Shown here in pieces: positions 1-13,500 of a stretch of DNA of 64,000 nt. The first letter of the stretch is position 1; each line of letters starts with the position of its first letter. A program made the translations under genes and the position numbers. The notes beneath the pieces are model-generated. The model did no database searches, was not told where the DNA came from, and worked only from the letters and a program-made list of their open reading frames with translations. The stretch comes from Tubulanus polymorphus (lineage: Eukaryota > Animalia > Nemertea), in NCBI RefSeq assembly GCF_964204645.1, contig NC_134029.1, positions 17,788,950 through 17,852,949 on the forward strand. Direction: 5' to 3'.

Positions 1-1419
1 TAGAATTAGACCATTGGCTAATTAAGGTCACGTGAAAATGAATAATTTCTATTTACCATTAATTCACTGATTTCACATACATATACTCCTCAACACCGTT
101 GTGAAAAATATTATCCACGGGTTTCTAAACTGATGATCAGAATTACTATTTCATAACCTTGTTTATCGACTCTAGGTGACAGTGATCAAATGATAATTGA
201 GAATAATAAAGAATATGGTTTCTGAAGTATACTTCAGTACAATATTGTGTCTGGGGTATGTTTTTCGAGTGAATTCAATAAATTCGCCATATAAAACAAA
301 AGCGATCAGACCATTTTGATACCCCGATAATACTGATTTAGGCACGGGTGTTTGTGCAGCATCGCAATAGATTATTGCTGGAGATTTATATTAAAAGTCA
401 AAGCACTCATGCAGCATTGTAGTAAAGATTGACTGTTTATTTCCTGACGCCCATTATGGGCTACTGTTACAGTTACTTTATCAGAATTTGATAAAGTTAC
501 GGGAACTTTGTTCCAGGTTTTGGAACTTAAGATTTCGATTGTTATAATATATCATAAAAAGATGTATAGTGCAACCCACTGATTAATGAGGTTTCAATTT
601 AGGCCTAGGTTTATATGTAACGGACTTAACAATAGTAATATATCAGATAGAAAGTTTTTTTTTTGAGTTTTTCTTTATTTTCTACTTGATTTGAATTCGA
701 TTGTCTGGCAGGTTTAGAATTTTTAATGCAGCGTTAACTCTCGGGTTCCGTAAATCACGGTATTTGTCCCTATTGGGCCATTAGAAAGACGGGAAATTAT
801 CGACGGCTTCGATTCCGACATTCCATGTCAAAATGAGTTCCCGGAACTCACTGTTGCTGGGTTTTTGGAAACGCTTGCCATCGAGGATGGCCATTTGATT
901 AGACCGTCGTCCGTTTTGTGCAAATCAATGACATAATAACACGACATCGCCAATTCTAAGCCGGCTAGAAAATGAGGTTAAGTGGTTCCCGTGGCTTCAA
1001 TTCAAAGAAAACAGGTTTTCACCTACTTCAAATTTAAGCCGAAAACAGGGAAATTAACTGTATTTTCCTTATTTGTAGCATACATGCTTATACGTGCTTG
1101 CCACAGCCCCTTTGCTGAGCGCAGTTTTTGGCTCGTGTGCGGGGCCCTATATTCTGCGCTAAATGCGTACGCAAAATTCGCTCGTGTGCGGGGCCTTTAG
1201 AGTTAGAATTAGTTCATTTTCAATGAGTTAACTCTTCAAATCTTAACTCGGATCTGTGGAACCAGGTCCTGGGGTTTACTCAATTCATTTTCAATTGAGT
1301 TAACCCCTGGGTTGAAGTTAATACCAGTCTAGAAGACCGAGCCCTGAATAACAACAATAGTTTTGTCATAATCAGTAAAAACGATCTTCTCAATTTTTTA
1401 ACAAAATATTCTTTCACAG

Positions 1420-1560
1420 AGGGATACTATGTAACTTGGGGAGCTCGAGCTGAAATGGCTACCGCACCAGGAGCACCACTTCCGCCTCATGGTGCTGTGA
1501 TGGGTAAACTATCGGATGACGACCTAAAAACTGTCATTGAAAAGGGCCTCAAGCAATACA
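1420..1560 (+). CDS. DYNC2H1: DYNC2H1 exon (window exon 1)
   Basis: ctttcacag acceptor (1422 is a possible alternative start); [24 protein letters not shown]...KGLKQY; gtaagt donor at 1561. Confidence 0.88.
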
Positions 1561-4500
1561 GTAAGTACTTGTATCGGATCATAGATAAACTGACACATTC
1601 TCGATGTAAAAGGATAATGATTGATCCCGTAATTAGTTTCATTATTTTTAGAAAAAACATTCATTACTGTTTCTATGAAGATTAGATTTAGATAGATCCT
1701 GAAACTATCATGAATAATTAAATTGAAGATATCATCAATTGTTTCATTAACATGCATTAGATTTGTCTATTACACAAATGAAATTATACCATTTCAAAGA
1801 ACCTTCTTGTATTTAGTTAAATCTATGTATGTAGGTCTTGCTGTGGTGACTTAAAAGTTACAAACTTTGCTGGCATGGAACGATTGTCTGGTCTTATTAC
1901 AGTTGTTTTATTAATGTATCTTTGACAGGTCGTGAAAATAGAGATATGGATGTTTTGATATTCGATGAAGTTTTAGACAATATGGCTCGTGTCGATCGTG
2001 TATTGACAGTTCCTGGTGGTTCTCTATTGATGGCTGGACGCAGTGGTGTAGGCAGACGTACGGCTATTACTCTCATATCGCATATGCACCAGATGACCCT
2101 GTTTACTCCAAAAATGTCACGATCTTATAGCATGAAAAGCTTCAAAAATGACCTAAAAACAGTAAGTGCCATCACTGAGAAAATCGAAGTAAAGTGTCAA
2201 TCTAGTGGGACTGATCTGTAATTTGTTTATATCATTGGGATTTTGATAGAAGAAATAGAAGAAAACTCAAGATTACTTAATGGATCTTGCTTCAGTGCTA
2301 TTCCAGAATTTATATAGCTCAATCTGCCATTTTTCCTCCAATATAACAACAAAACTGAGGACGATTCTGAGGATATTTATGGAAAGTGATCTGTACCTTT
2401 GTGATAATATTGAAATGCAATTGAATGATATTCTAAAGGTGATGCAGCAGACTGGAATTGATGGTGAACAAATGGTTTTGTTGTTAGAAGATCATCAATT
2501 CATAGAGCCACAGTTCCTGGAGTTGATTAACAGTTTACTGTCAGCTGGAGAAGTACCAGGATTATATACGCCTGAGGAGCTGGAACCTCTGTTACAACCA
2601 CTACGAGACCAGGCTTCAGAGGCTGGATTCCGTGGAACTCTCATTAACTACTTTTCCTCACGTAAGTTAAACAGAAAACTGATATCTACGCAAAATTTGA
2701 TGCCATGGACACTTAGTGTGGCAAAATCCAGGAACTCAATTCATCAGCAATTAACAGAATTGATTTACCGTATTCAGAGCTGCCAACTGTTCCTGATTTT
2801 CAGTACCGCTATTTTGTAATGAGAAATACCGATTTGATTTGGTTGATGCATACAGAAATATGGCTGAGGGTTGATTGCTGATTAATTAGGACGTTTTCTT
2901 TCATATTTCAATGAAATGTTAGTGAAAAAAATTTAATTTGTTATGATAGCATTTTCAAAGGTTGACAGCCCTGCATATACCATTTCTAGCCTCTCCCTCC
3001 TAATCAGGTTAAAATTATGCCTCAAGTCACATCCGATAATTTAGTCTAATTAATGAAAAAATGTTGGCTATAAGTACTACTTTACATTGTGTGTTATTGA
3101 CATTCAGGTATACAGCAGAATCTGCATATTGTACTGATCATGGACTGTACGAATAAAATGTTCACACTGAATTGTGAAAGTAACCCTGCATTCTATAAAC
3201 AATGCACTGTCCAATGGATTGATAGCTGGAGTCGGGCGAGTATGCATAAAGTACCGCTGATGTTACTGACGCAAGAACCCAAGGTCGAAGGCGCGCGGCT
3301 GCAAAAACAGAAAGAGAAGCGCCGTCTGTCCGGCGGAGAGGAACTATTGAAGAGTTTCCTGCACGTACACGAGACGTCGACGCAATTTGACGCGACTCCC
3401 AGACGATACATGGCATTCCTTCACACTTATCTGAATGTTTACAATAAAAAGAAAGAAGGAGTAGAAAAGCGACAGCATCATTTACAGGTAACGTATCATC
3501 TGAGCTGAATAAAAATATTCCCATATTTAAATGAATTATTTACAATTTTCTCCGTTGTTGAAAGTTTAATATGAGTCATAATGCTTTTTCTTTGATTTAC
3601 ATTTGAGTTGCCTCATGATCTGAGGCAAGAGGAAGTCTATTGTACTTGAAAGTCAGTGGCAGATGAGGATCTCAATAGTGCAGCTATGTTCTAGTATTTT
3701 TTGGACGTGATACATCGGTAGTTATTTTTTGTTTTAACGTATTGCAGGCTGGTGTGAGTAAACTGAATGAAGCTAAACAGCTTGTTGACGAGTTGAAGAG
3801 GAAAGCCGCCGAACAGCAGATACAGTTAGCTGAAAAACAGTCAGAAGCAGATGCCGCACTGAAAGAAATAGCGACCGCAATGCAAGTACGTATCTCATGT
3901 TTTCCCACAAAGCTATGCTGCATGTTTATCTACTGCAGTAAAAGTATAATACCACACTATCAATGATAAATCATACCGAGTAAACTGACGAATTAATCAT
4001 CCATGATATGGTTGTTTCCACCATTGAAGATAGGATCAGGTAAAACAAGACGGGTTAACTTTCTAGGTTAACTTGTTTATTTAGAGTTCAAGCTTTTGCT
4101 AAGGACAGGTATATAAACTGTCTAATTTTGTAACTTGCTTATACAGTTGCTCATTTGTGAGCATTTTTGGGTTTTGAAAGTTGCTCACATATTCTGCGAT
4201 TTGCTCGCAAGTTAACATAGAAAGTACTATCCGTTTTGTTTTGCTATCCGTCTCATTTTGTCCTGTTACTAATTACAAAATCTAGACTGGTTCTGACTAA
4301 AGTCTGAATCATGAAAATACAAAATAACCCCTCTTGCCAGTCTCACAGTAAAACTTAAGATCAGGCAAATCCATTTTGGTCCTCTAGCTTATATAGCCTA
4401 TTTGTAGTTTTAAAGAGAGGAAGTCTGGATGTGAATCCAAAACTTGGATGCAGTTTCACAAATTGAGATATGACATTGGGTTATAACTAAACTAAACTAA

Positions 4501-7500
4501 TCGAAGATGAATTTACATTCAGTTGCTCAGGCATGACTTAAGAAAGATCAGTCTTAGCTAGTTTTGGTCCTATAACATATAACTTAAGGCCAAACTAACT
4601 CGTTGATATCATTCTCAAGAATAGAAACTTGTTTTCACTTACAGTAAAAACTTTGGACTCTGCAACCGTGTTGTCTCTAAAACTGTACTGTGGAAACAGA
4701 TTTCTTTTCTAAAATATGTACAAATATGTGCTGTAGGAGTCTGATATAAATCTTGATATAAACATATACTGGTATGTGTTGTAGAATGCGAGTGAACAGA
4801 AATCTGAAATGGAAATGTTGAAAGGCAAAGCAGCTGAGGAGAATGTGAAATTGGAAAAGCGTAAAAAAGCAATCGACATTGAGATGGCAGATATTGAACC
4901 CTTGGTACAAGAAGCAAAGGCAGCAGTCGGAAGCATTAAAACAGAGTCTCTTTCGGAAATCCGATCTCTACGTGCTCCACCAGATGTAATACGAGATATC
5001 CTGGAAGGAGTCCTACGACTAATGGGTATATTTGATACATCTTGGGTTAGCATGAAAAGGTAAGGTTTTTGTATGAAAAAATCGCCTCTTCAAAGATCAA
5101 ACTACCGGTATTATCTTAATATTCTAGCTGCAAATTATTCACTGCGGCCAAATTTACAATGTTTCACACTGCACACTTGTAAAAATTTGGTTGTTTCAAT
5201 TCACGGGTGTCTTCGAATACCCCTCAACACAGCAGCAATTTTTTATGTTACTTGAAAGCAATAAACCCTCATGGAAATAATTTGACCGATTGATAGTATG
5301 ATAGCCCCCGCCCTAAAATATCAGAGGTAAATCAAGCGTTGCCATCTGTCTGTAACCGCAAGAAAATTTCTGCATTTGTAGCTTTTTCATGTCAGAGTAT
5401 TATTTGATGGTTTTTGTTTTACATAACCTTTCAAATAAAAAAAGAGTGTTTATATTTTTGAAAGCATTTTAATGTATCTGATTTTTTATTTTCCACTAGC
5501 TTTCTCGCTAAACGCGGTGTGAAGGAAGATATTCTGTGTTTCGATGCGAGAAAAATATCTCCAGAAATTCGATCGGGTGTCGAAGAACTGCTGAAGAAAT
5601 GCAAGGATTCGTTCGAACCAAAGGTCAGCAGAACAGCTTGAACTCAAATCAGAATTCTATACGTTATGGAAATTCATCCCTGTTTAATTCTAGATATTCA
5701 ACGACACATTTCAATGAATTACTGTGGTCTCACAAAGGAAATCCAGACTACATTTGTAGTGTCTTAAAATTTGTAGTGTCTTAAACAAGGGCGGATTTAA
5801 CCCTTGAAAATATGAATGACCTTCCAGAAAATCTGGAAAAAACTTATTGTGAAGAAAATTTTAAAAAGACTAAAATGATTTCAAACGGGCCCTGATAAAG
5901 ACCAGAAAAGTCCCTTTTTAGCCCACTTGGGACTTTTAGTCCCAGCGTTCACTTTACGTCCGTCGTCCGTCCGTAGACGTAATCCAGTTATTTTGGGAAG
6001 TTTTGAAGACGCTTCAATGTAGTGTCTGAATATTTGGGTTACACATGTATCTACCCTAGACACATCTTCAGCCCAAAAATTGGCCCTGTCAGATTCAAGA
6101 TGGCCAACTGGCAGCCATAGTTGTCAAAATCAGCACTTATTACACATTTTTGAACTTTTTGAGGGAAATTTTGAAGACGCTTTGATCAATTACCTTGATC
6201 TTTCGTATGTATTTGGATGTTCTAAGGCCCATCAGCATTAGAAAAATTGGGTTGATATTGAGTTGGGTTGAATATTAAAAGTTAGATTGTTGAGCATTTG
6301 AAACCACTTCTCAAGTGGGCATGGTGTCCCTGGACCCCTAGTTATCCCAAATTTCATGGGAAGGTTACCAGGACCCCACCATTGTTTCGCTTGCAGCCCT
6401 CACATTACTTTGGCAAATCTGCCCTTTTCAAATTAAGTGCCCATTCCAATTTTCAGGTCCGCCCCTTCAAATAATCCTAGATCTGCCCTTGTTAAACTGT
6501 TTGAAGATGTGTTACTTACTATCTTTACTTAAAAAACTTTTGGATTTCCACCAACGTATTGTACATCGTATAAATACTTGAAGCTGCGCTGAATCTATTA
6601 GTATAAAACGGAGTGCTGAATTCATGTTGACCGCTATCTCCTCCGAGTGTGAAATGATTCACGGGCTGAGGTCTGCATTTAGTTGGCTGTTATAACGGCA
6701 GCTAAGTGGTAACTGCTTTTGAAGGCTATTGATGAAGCCTAAATTGGGTGAATTGGCAATTTTATGCCGTTTTTGGGGATTTTAGTGATGTAGTGTGACG
6801 TCATCTTGATCTACTAATGTAAACAAACGTAACGAGCAGAATAGTACAACATTTGCTGTCGAATTAACAAGTAGGCTTTTTATATATTACCGATACAACA
6901 TATAAAATTTTCATATGAGAAAACTTCAAAAGAAGAAATGAAATTGACGATGATTTTTCATTTGCTGTGCTGAATGAAAATTGCATGTCGATGCGCGGCG
7001 TCGTTTGCAGTATTTACTGCGGAGCTGTGATGATAGCGCCCTCGTTTTAACTTTATACTTGTGAAGCTCACCAAAAACAATGCCGTTAATCTTTAGATAA
7101 AGGATATTCTGTTAATTAAAAAAGATTTGTTAGAAAATATTTGATTTAAAATTAATTATACATATGCTCGGGATATAAATGACACAATATGACATCTGAG
7201 ACACTTTTGATTTAACAAAACCTTATAATTTATTAGGAGGCTTATAATTTATAATGATTATATGTATTTCATTTCAAAATCTATTAGGCCTACTTAAAAT
7301 GTGTTACGTATTTACCTTCTCTTCCTTGTATAAACAACCGTTTGTCATTTGAAATCTAATTACCTTATACTTTTATAACATGCATTTCTTTAATGTCAAG
7401 TATAAGCTGATAGAGCACCTTACTAAACCAATGTATGGTCTAGTATGGTGGATATGATTAACTCCTTCAATTCACTAACTTCTGCGCTGGATCTAACAGT

Positions 7501-10500
7501 GCCCATGGGCACCTTGTTCTTTTTTTCAGGTAGCTAAACGTGCCTCAGCAGCTGCTGCCCCGTTAGCCGCTTGGGTGAAAGCTAACGTCCAATATTCTTA
7601 CGTATTGGAACGTATTGAACCTCTTGAAACTGAACAAACGCAACTTAAAAAGTATGTTGACAAGTAAAAGTTAACCTGAATGAATTAAGAGGCTTTCGCT
7701 TTGGTATTTGGTGCATGTATGTGATAACAGAAAATTATTCATGTGCCTATGCTTAAACTTGTTCTAAAGTTTCATAATTTTATTACCGGTAATAATTTTA
7801 AGAAAATCTAATTGAACTTGTATAACCAACCAGTTATCAATGTTACTAATTCTAAAATGACAGCTTCAAAAATCCTTCAATCATAGGATTGAATCCACTC
7901 AAGCCATATCTTATTGGACCAAAGAAATTTGTCCAACTGAAGCGATATAGAGTTGGGTGGAATATACTTCAAATATTCAAATAAAGCGGTCTAACAGCCA
8001 TATGCTGACAACATTTCATCATCTGACTATAGCCGCGATCACACGGAGACGATTTGGCCCGGGCCAAATTGGCACCGATCAGGCTCGGGCCAAATTTGGC
8101 CCGTGTCTAATTAGAGAGCGCGTTCACAAGCAAACCATTCGCTCGATACTCAACAATGCGCAAACAAAGCGAAGTGGATCATTTCCGGTGCTAGTTGTAA
8201 TTCAAACGCAATCATTTGTCTGGTGCTAAAATTAGGCTCGGGCCTGGTCCGACGTTTTTGGTCGGGCCTAACAGACTCGGGCCCATTTGGCACCCGTGTG
8301 AACAGTTGTTCCGGGCCAAATTTGGCACGGGCAAAAATGCACATGTGATCGCGGCTTATATCTATATCTGTACTTGGATTTCTGATTTTAGAATCAAACA
8401 TCCTGTTTCGTTCCTGGCAGGTGTGGTGGGTTTGTAAGGTACCCAAATGAAATGTAATGAAATAAAATCCACCAATCAAATGAATTGCAGGGACAATCAC
8501 TATTTAAGAACACCATATTGGGGGTCAAACACAGGAAGGGAAATGAACAAATTTTGGCAATTTTTCAGCTCTGACAATAAAACGAGTTATTTAGCCATCA
8601 CATGGCACATCATAAACCGTATTAAAGATTAGCTTGAATAACATTGAATAAATCCAAAATTCTTTTGTGTTTGTTGTGGTCATTTCCATCAGCATGGATG
8701 ACACATCTTTACCAACCAATAAACAATGAAAACAAAACAATGATGACATAACGTAAAAGATCTAACTTGGTCAGAGTCTACAGTATAATGTTACCGGTGG
8801 TGATATGCATCATAAAAAAATCAGTTAATATGTATAAGTGCTGTACCCTGGTTTTTGCCAATATTCTTTGATATTGGATTGATCAACCAATGGTTTTACT
8901 ATGCCTTTCCCAGAAGTGCACTACGCAAACAAAAATTTTCATGAAATACCTGCATTTGTTCAAATTTCAATGTACATTAATGGTTTAATGTTGTTGTTAG
9001 GAATCTCGCAAAGGCAGAGAGTCGAATGGAAAAATTGAGCAAAGCTCTCGATGATGTCGACCGTAAGGTGGCGAGTCTTCGCGATAAGTTTGAAAAGTTC
9101 ACGACGGAAGCGGCTAAACTGAAACTGGAATTGGACAAAGCGAATGAAACGATCACAGCGGCCGAATCACTGGTTGGAAAACTCGACGGAGAATACCATC
9201 GTTGGAATTCACAGGTTTGTATATTTAGAGAATAAAAGAAATTGTCTCGCCGATGGAGCTGTAAGAGCACTAACGGTTTTTGGTGCTCTTGATATCCCAG
9301 CCGAAGAAGGTCCTTCCTAGCCAAAAGATCTGCTTTCTGTCTGGCTTTACTACCGTATGGCAAAGACAATGGCTGGACCAACTTCACCACTTAATCGCAT
9401 CCTCGGCAACTACTGGTAGGCTCAAGACTTAGGGCATGGTGAAGTCATGCACAGCTCTTGCCATCTGTCGTGGACCTTGTCTATTAGATTCTTTTTTCCT
9501 AAAGGGTGGCTAAGTGGGAATCTTTTGATGAGCTTTGTGAATTTGTCTATGCTTAAATGAAATACATCAGTATGTTTATCTAGGTGGATGAATTGACATC
9601 CGAATTGAAAGAATTACCGATGCTGTCATTGCTGGCATCAGGGTTTATAACCTATCTGTCATCAGCTTCCGAAGATGTGAGGAAGAGTACACTGACTAAC
9701 TGGATGGACGCCACAGGTGTTAAAGATTTCGATATGAGACGGTTTCTGTGCACTGAAAGTGAGCAGCTTATTTGGAAAGCTGAAGGTTTACCTTCTGATG
9801 ATCTTTCTATGGAGAATGCTCTGGTTATATTGCAGGTTTGTTTTTCTTTAATGAATATTCTACTGTTATTTCAATTGAATATTTCCTGTGCAACTCAAAG
9901 TTGCCGAGTCTAGTTGCTTGTCTATGACTTAAGTCCAATACTGGTGTTTATAATCTTGATGAAACACTCTGACTACTTGTTGAAACGATGGTACGACAAA
10001 ATTCCACTATACAGATAAAAAACTCATACTTGAGTTTATTTCGACGATTCGATAATATCCTAAAAAATTTAAACAAAATTTGTTGATTGATTAATGAAAT
10101 CATTACTCATGTTAGAGGTAAACATATTCACAATAATTCATGTTTGTATATATTGCATGAAAGCTTGATGACCAAATTAAAATTGATAAATCGGTTAGTA
10201 AAAATGTAATAAGTGTAAATTAGTGAAATAGAGTAAAGTTGCACAATAATCTAAAATTTTCACTGAATTCACACCAGGTAATCATCACATTTGAAAATTA
10301 GATGATAGTGATATAGCATTCATTGCGTTGTATGTTCCAATGTTGAGTCAAATATTGAAGAAAACTGCTCTATCTTTTTTTCTCGTAAATGCGTAAAATA
10401 GTGTGATGGTATTCCGCCAGGGGTATGTAAGGGGTTTGAACGATCGAGCTCAGTTTCACAAAATAGTACAACGAATGAAAATAGATTTTATTAGATCAGT

Positions 10501-13500
10501 CGAATTAGTCAATTCAAATCATATATAACGCAGTCAGTTTTAGTATAAATCAGAGACCTTCATTTCCATTCATCAACTGAGATGGTACCTTGTGTTTGAT
10601 AGAATCTAAATGAAGAGCTGATGCCGATCCAAACTGCAATGCTGTAATAGATAACATTCAAACATAAGCTAACGACGACTGTAGGCATGTAGAACATGCA
10701 ACGATTTTCTTTGTTTCATGACTCTCATCTAAAACGAGAGGCATTGCTCAGCAAAACCAACAGTATTGGTTTCGTAAAAAAGTGTTTTGATTGCAGTGTG
10801 TGATGTCAAGAGTCACTAAATGAAAAAAATTCACTGTTAGCCATTCTATGTCAGCAGATGCATCCGCTGTTTAAGCTGTCCGTCCACATTACCTTTATGA
10901 GGTACTGACCCCAGCTACTGAACTATTAATCTTCTAAGACTATCAACAGCAAACGTCTGAAGTTTTATGATAAGCTTATCATAGCGACAACACATGCCTT
11001 AGTGAGGTATCTCATTAGCCGCGATAGTATGAGCGGTTTTTGGCCCAGAACAACTGTTTACACAGTTGCCAAATGGGCCTGTGCATTGGCCCAACTAAAA
11101 ACATCGGACCAGGCCCGAGTCAAATTTTAGCACAGGCCCAATTATTGCGTATGAATTGCTACAGGTTCCGGAAGTGACTCACTTTGCTTTGTTTAAGCAT
11201 TGTCTGGAGTGAGGTGTTTACGTGTGAACACACACCTCTAATTAAGCACAGGCCAAATTTGACTAGTTTAGCTTGGGCTAAATCATCTACGTGTGGTCAC
11301 GGCTATAGGCTTGGTGTTGGATTTTTGATGTGAGAGAGTCAGGCTGTAATGAAGCACTGACATATTAACCATTCAGTGACAATGAGCGCATCGCATTGAA
11401 ATCACTGCCATATGCTTATACCAATTTAGCCTGGGCTCACTTAATCTGAATACCAGACGATGTATGGGTTCCCCTACAACAATTTCGTTTAGGAACAACG
11501 GCTAGGTACTAGACTATGGCTCACTTAGTACAACCAAAAACGTTAAACAGGCCAGTGCTAAAATATCGTTGAATTTCTATGAACCCTTTACGGTCCATAG
11601 CCTTGAATCGAATCCTGAGCTGAAATTTTCATCGAGGGTATTTTGTGAAACCGGGTCGATGCATGTCTTTTATTGATCTATTACCATCTATTGCTTTCAT
11701 TTCATATCCAAAAACCTTTGAGAATTATTTTGCGGTGAAAATCTCTTGCTTCTTTCCGGTTTGAATTGGAATCCTAGAATTCTAGATTTGTGTGTTTTAT
11801 TTTCACTGCTGCATTCACGATCCGAAATTTGTATAGATAGGAATAACTTTATTCTCACTTCTGTACCGGTGCACATTCTGTTATGTTGTGTTTTTATTTT
11901 CAAAGCCTTCAATCCTGAAGTTATCTGTCAACTTGTTAACGTGTTAGCAAAAATTTGTACCAATTTTTTATGCCGTAAAAACCGTTACAATAATGTTCGT
12001 ATACAGTACACCTCGCATAAGTCTTAAATCGCATAAGTCATAAATTTTCAAAATTTCTGCTTCTCAGACTCATTCTAAGACAACCTAAAGACTCAAAATT
12101 CAAATGTGTCTGTGTCTGAATTTAAACTGACTGTTTTATCCTTTAAATCCTTGATATAAGTAATAAACTTTTTAATTCCGAAAGTTCTGCGTGTGTTTTA
12201 TGGTCATCCGCGCACGTGGCATGAAGCGTGGCCACGTGGGTATAACCATGGTCGTATAAATTAGATTATATTTCCATGGTATAACAAAGGTTTAAACGAA
12301 ATAACCCGCTATCAGGAGGCGCCACGTTGGCCTAATCACAAATGTGATTGCTGCTCCTGCCTACAGACAATACCGATGCTTTTGTGAGGTAAGATAACGT
12401 ACGTTTTTTGATAATTGCAACGAAAAAATTTGCGAAAAAGGAGGGGCGCGCCGGTGGCGCCTCCCATGGATCCGCCACTGTAATCTATATCAAATCATTT
12501 ATTGTCGACAATATTAAGCACACGTGTGTTATTTCTAAGGCGTCAATAAACTTTCAACTTAGTTTTCCTGCGTATCTTTGTTTTCAATGATTGATTTCGA
12601 TGTTTATATGCATTTAATTCAGAGTTGTCAGCGCCCGTTTCTCGTCGACCCGTCATCAAGAGCCACGGAATGGTTGAAAACTCATTTGAAAGACAATCGC
12701 ATCGAGATTGTCAATCAACAGGTAAAATGCGAACAAGTGATTCAAAAATATTGCAGGATCGTTGCGCGTTCTCGAGTCTTGCATGGTCCACTGCACTTAT
12801 GCTTGCTTATAGGAAACTACTGTGGAAGCTTAATGATGAGGCAAAAGATTTGTTTTCATCATTATCTTATGTACTCAAAGACATTATGAAATTTGGTTAT
12901 TTTTATCAGAGTAGAAGAGCACTGTGGAAAGTAATACCCTCCCAGAAAAACCAACCATCCTTGAATATACTATATCCTTGTTATAAAGAAAACAGTGATT
13001 CTGAAAATGTTGTTGACCCTGATAAGAACAGCTGTATTTCTTCCTGGAATACTCATGAAAGTTTCATGTCAAAGATTCAGAATTTCACTGCCTTAACTAC
13101 TGCGCTCTCTAATCAATTTCAAATTGAATCATATCTGACTTACTGCTTACCACTACACTTTTAGCATAGTTTTACTATTCTCTTTAGAGCTCAATTAATC
13201 TAGATATATCAAAACTATGCTCAAAAGCCGATTCATTTCTTGTTCAATCTCAAATAAGCTACTATTATTTTTGATGCCAAATCACTCTGATTTGTGTTGG
13301 AAACCACCCCTTAAAAGAAATGACTGGTAGGCAATTCTCTTGAAGCTCGTCGGGTATCAGGATGGATTTTTCGTGACGGAGTACTGGAAGAGGATCATGC
13401 AGAACCATTTTGTAATAGTGTAAAATAATTTTGATTATTTCAGGACGCTAATTTTACAACAGCGTTAGAGCTTGCGGTCAGATTTGGAAAAACTCTTCTC

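Noticed and set aside
2280-2819. 179-aa ORF as a stand-alone gene
   Set aside because: Only 2439-2661 is dynein-like and bounded by splice sites; the rest is intronic read-through.
3162-9390. Minus-strand ORFs at 3162-3524, 4709-5053 and 8977-9390
   Set aside because: They are antisense shadows of DYNC2H1 exons with no independent support.
9240-9480. More GC-rich intronic segment, possibly a SINE or ncRNA
   Set aside because: I could not identify a promoter box, tail, duplication or second copy in the window.
12003-12480. Transposon ends (Tc1-like tacagtacacctcgcataag at ~12003; ggatccgccactg at ~12480)
   Set aside because: Each is a solitary terminus with no matching partner, so element limits cannot be defined.
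12625-13164. 179-aa ORF
   Set aside because: It is an out-of-frame overlap of exon 11 running into AT-rich intron, with no recognisable domain.
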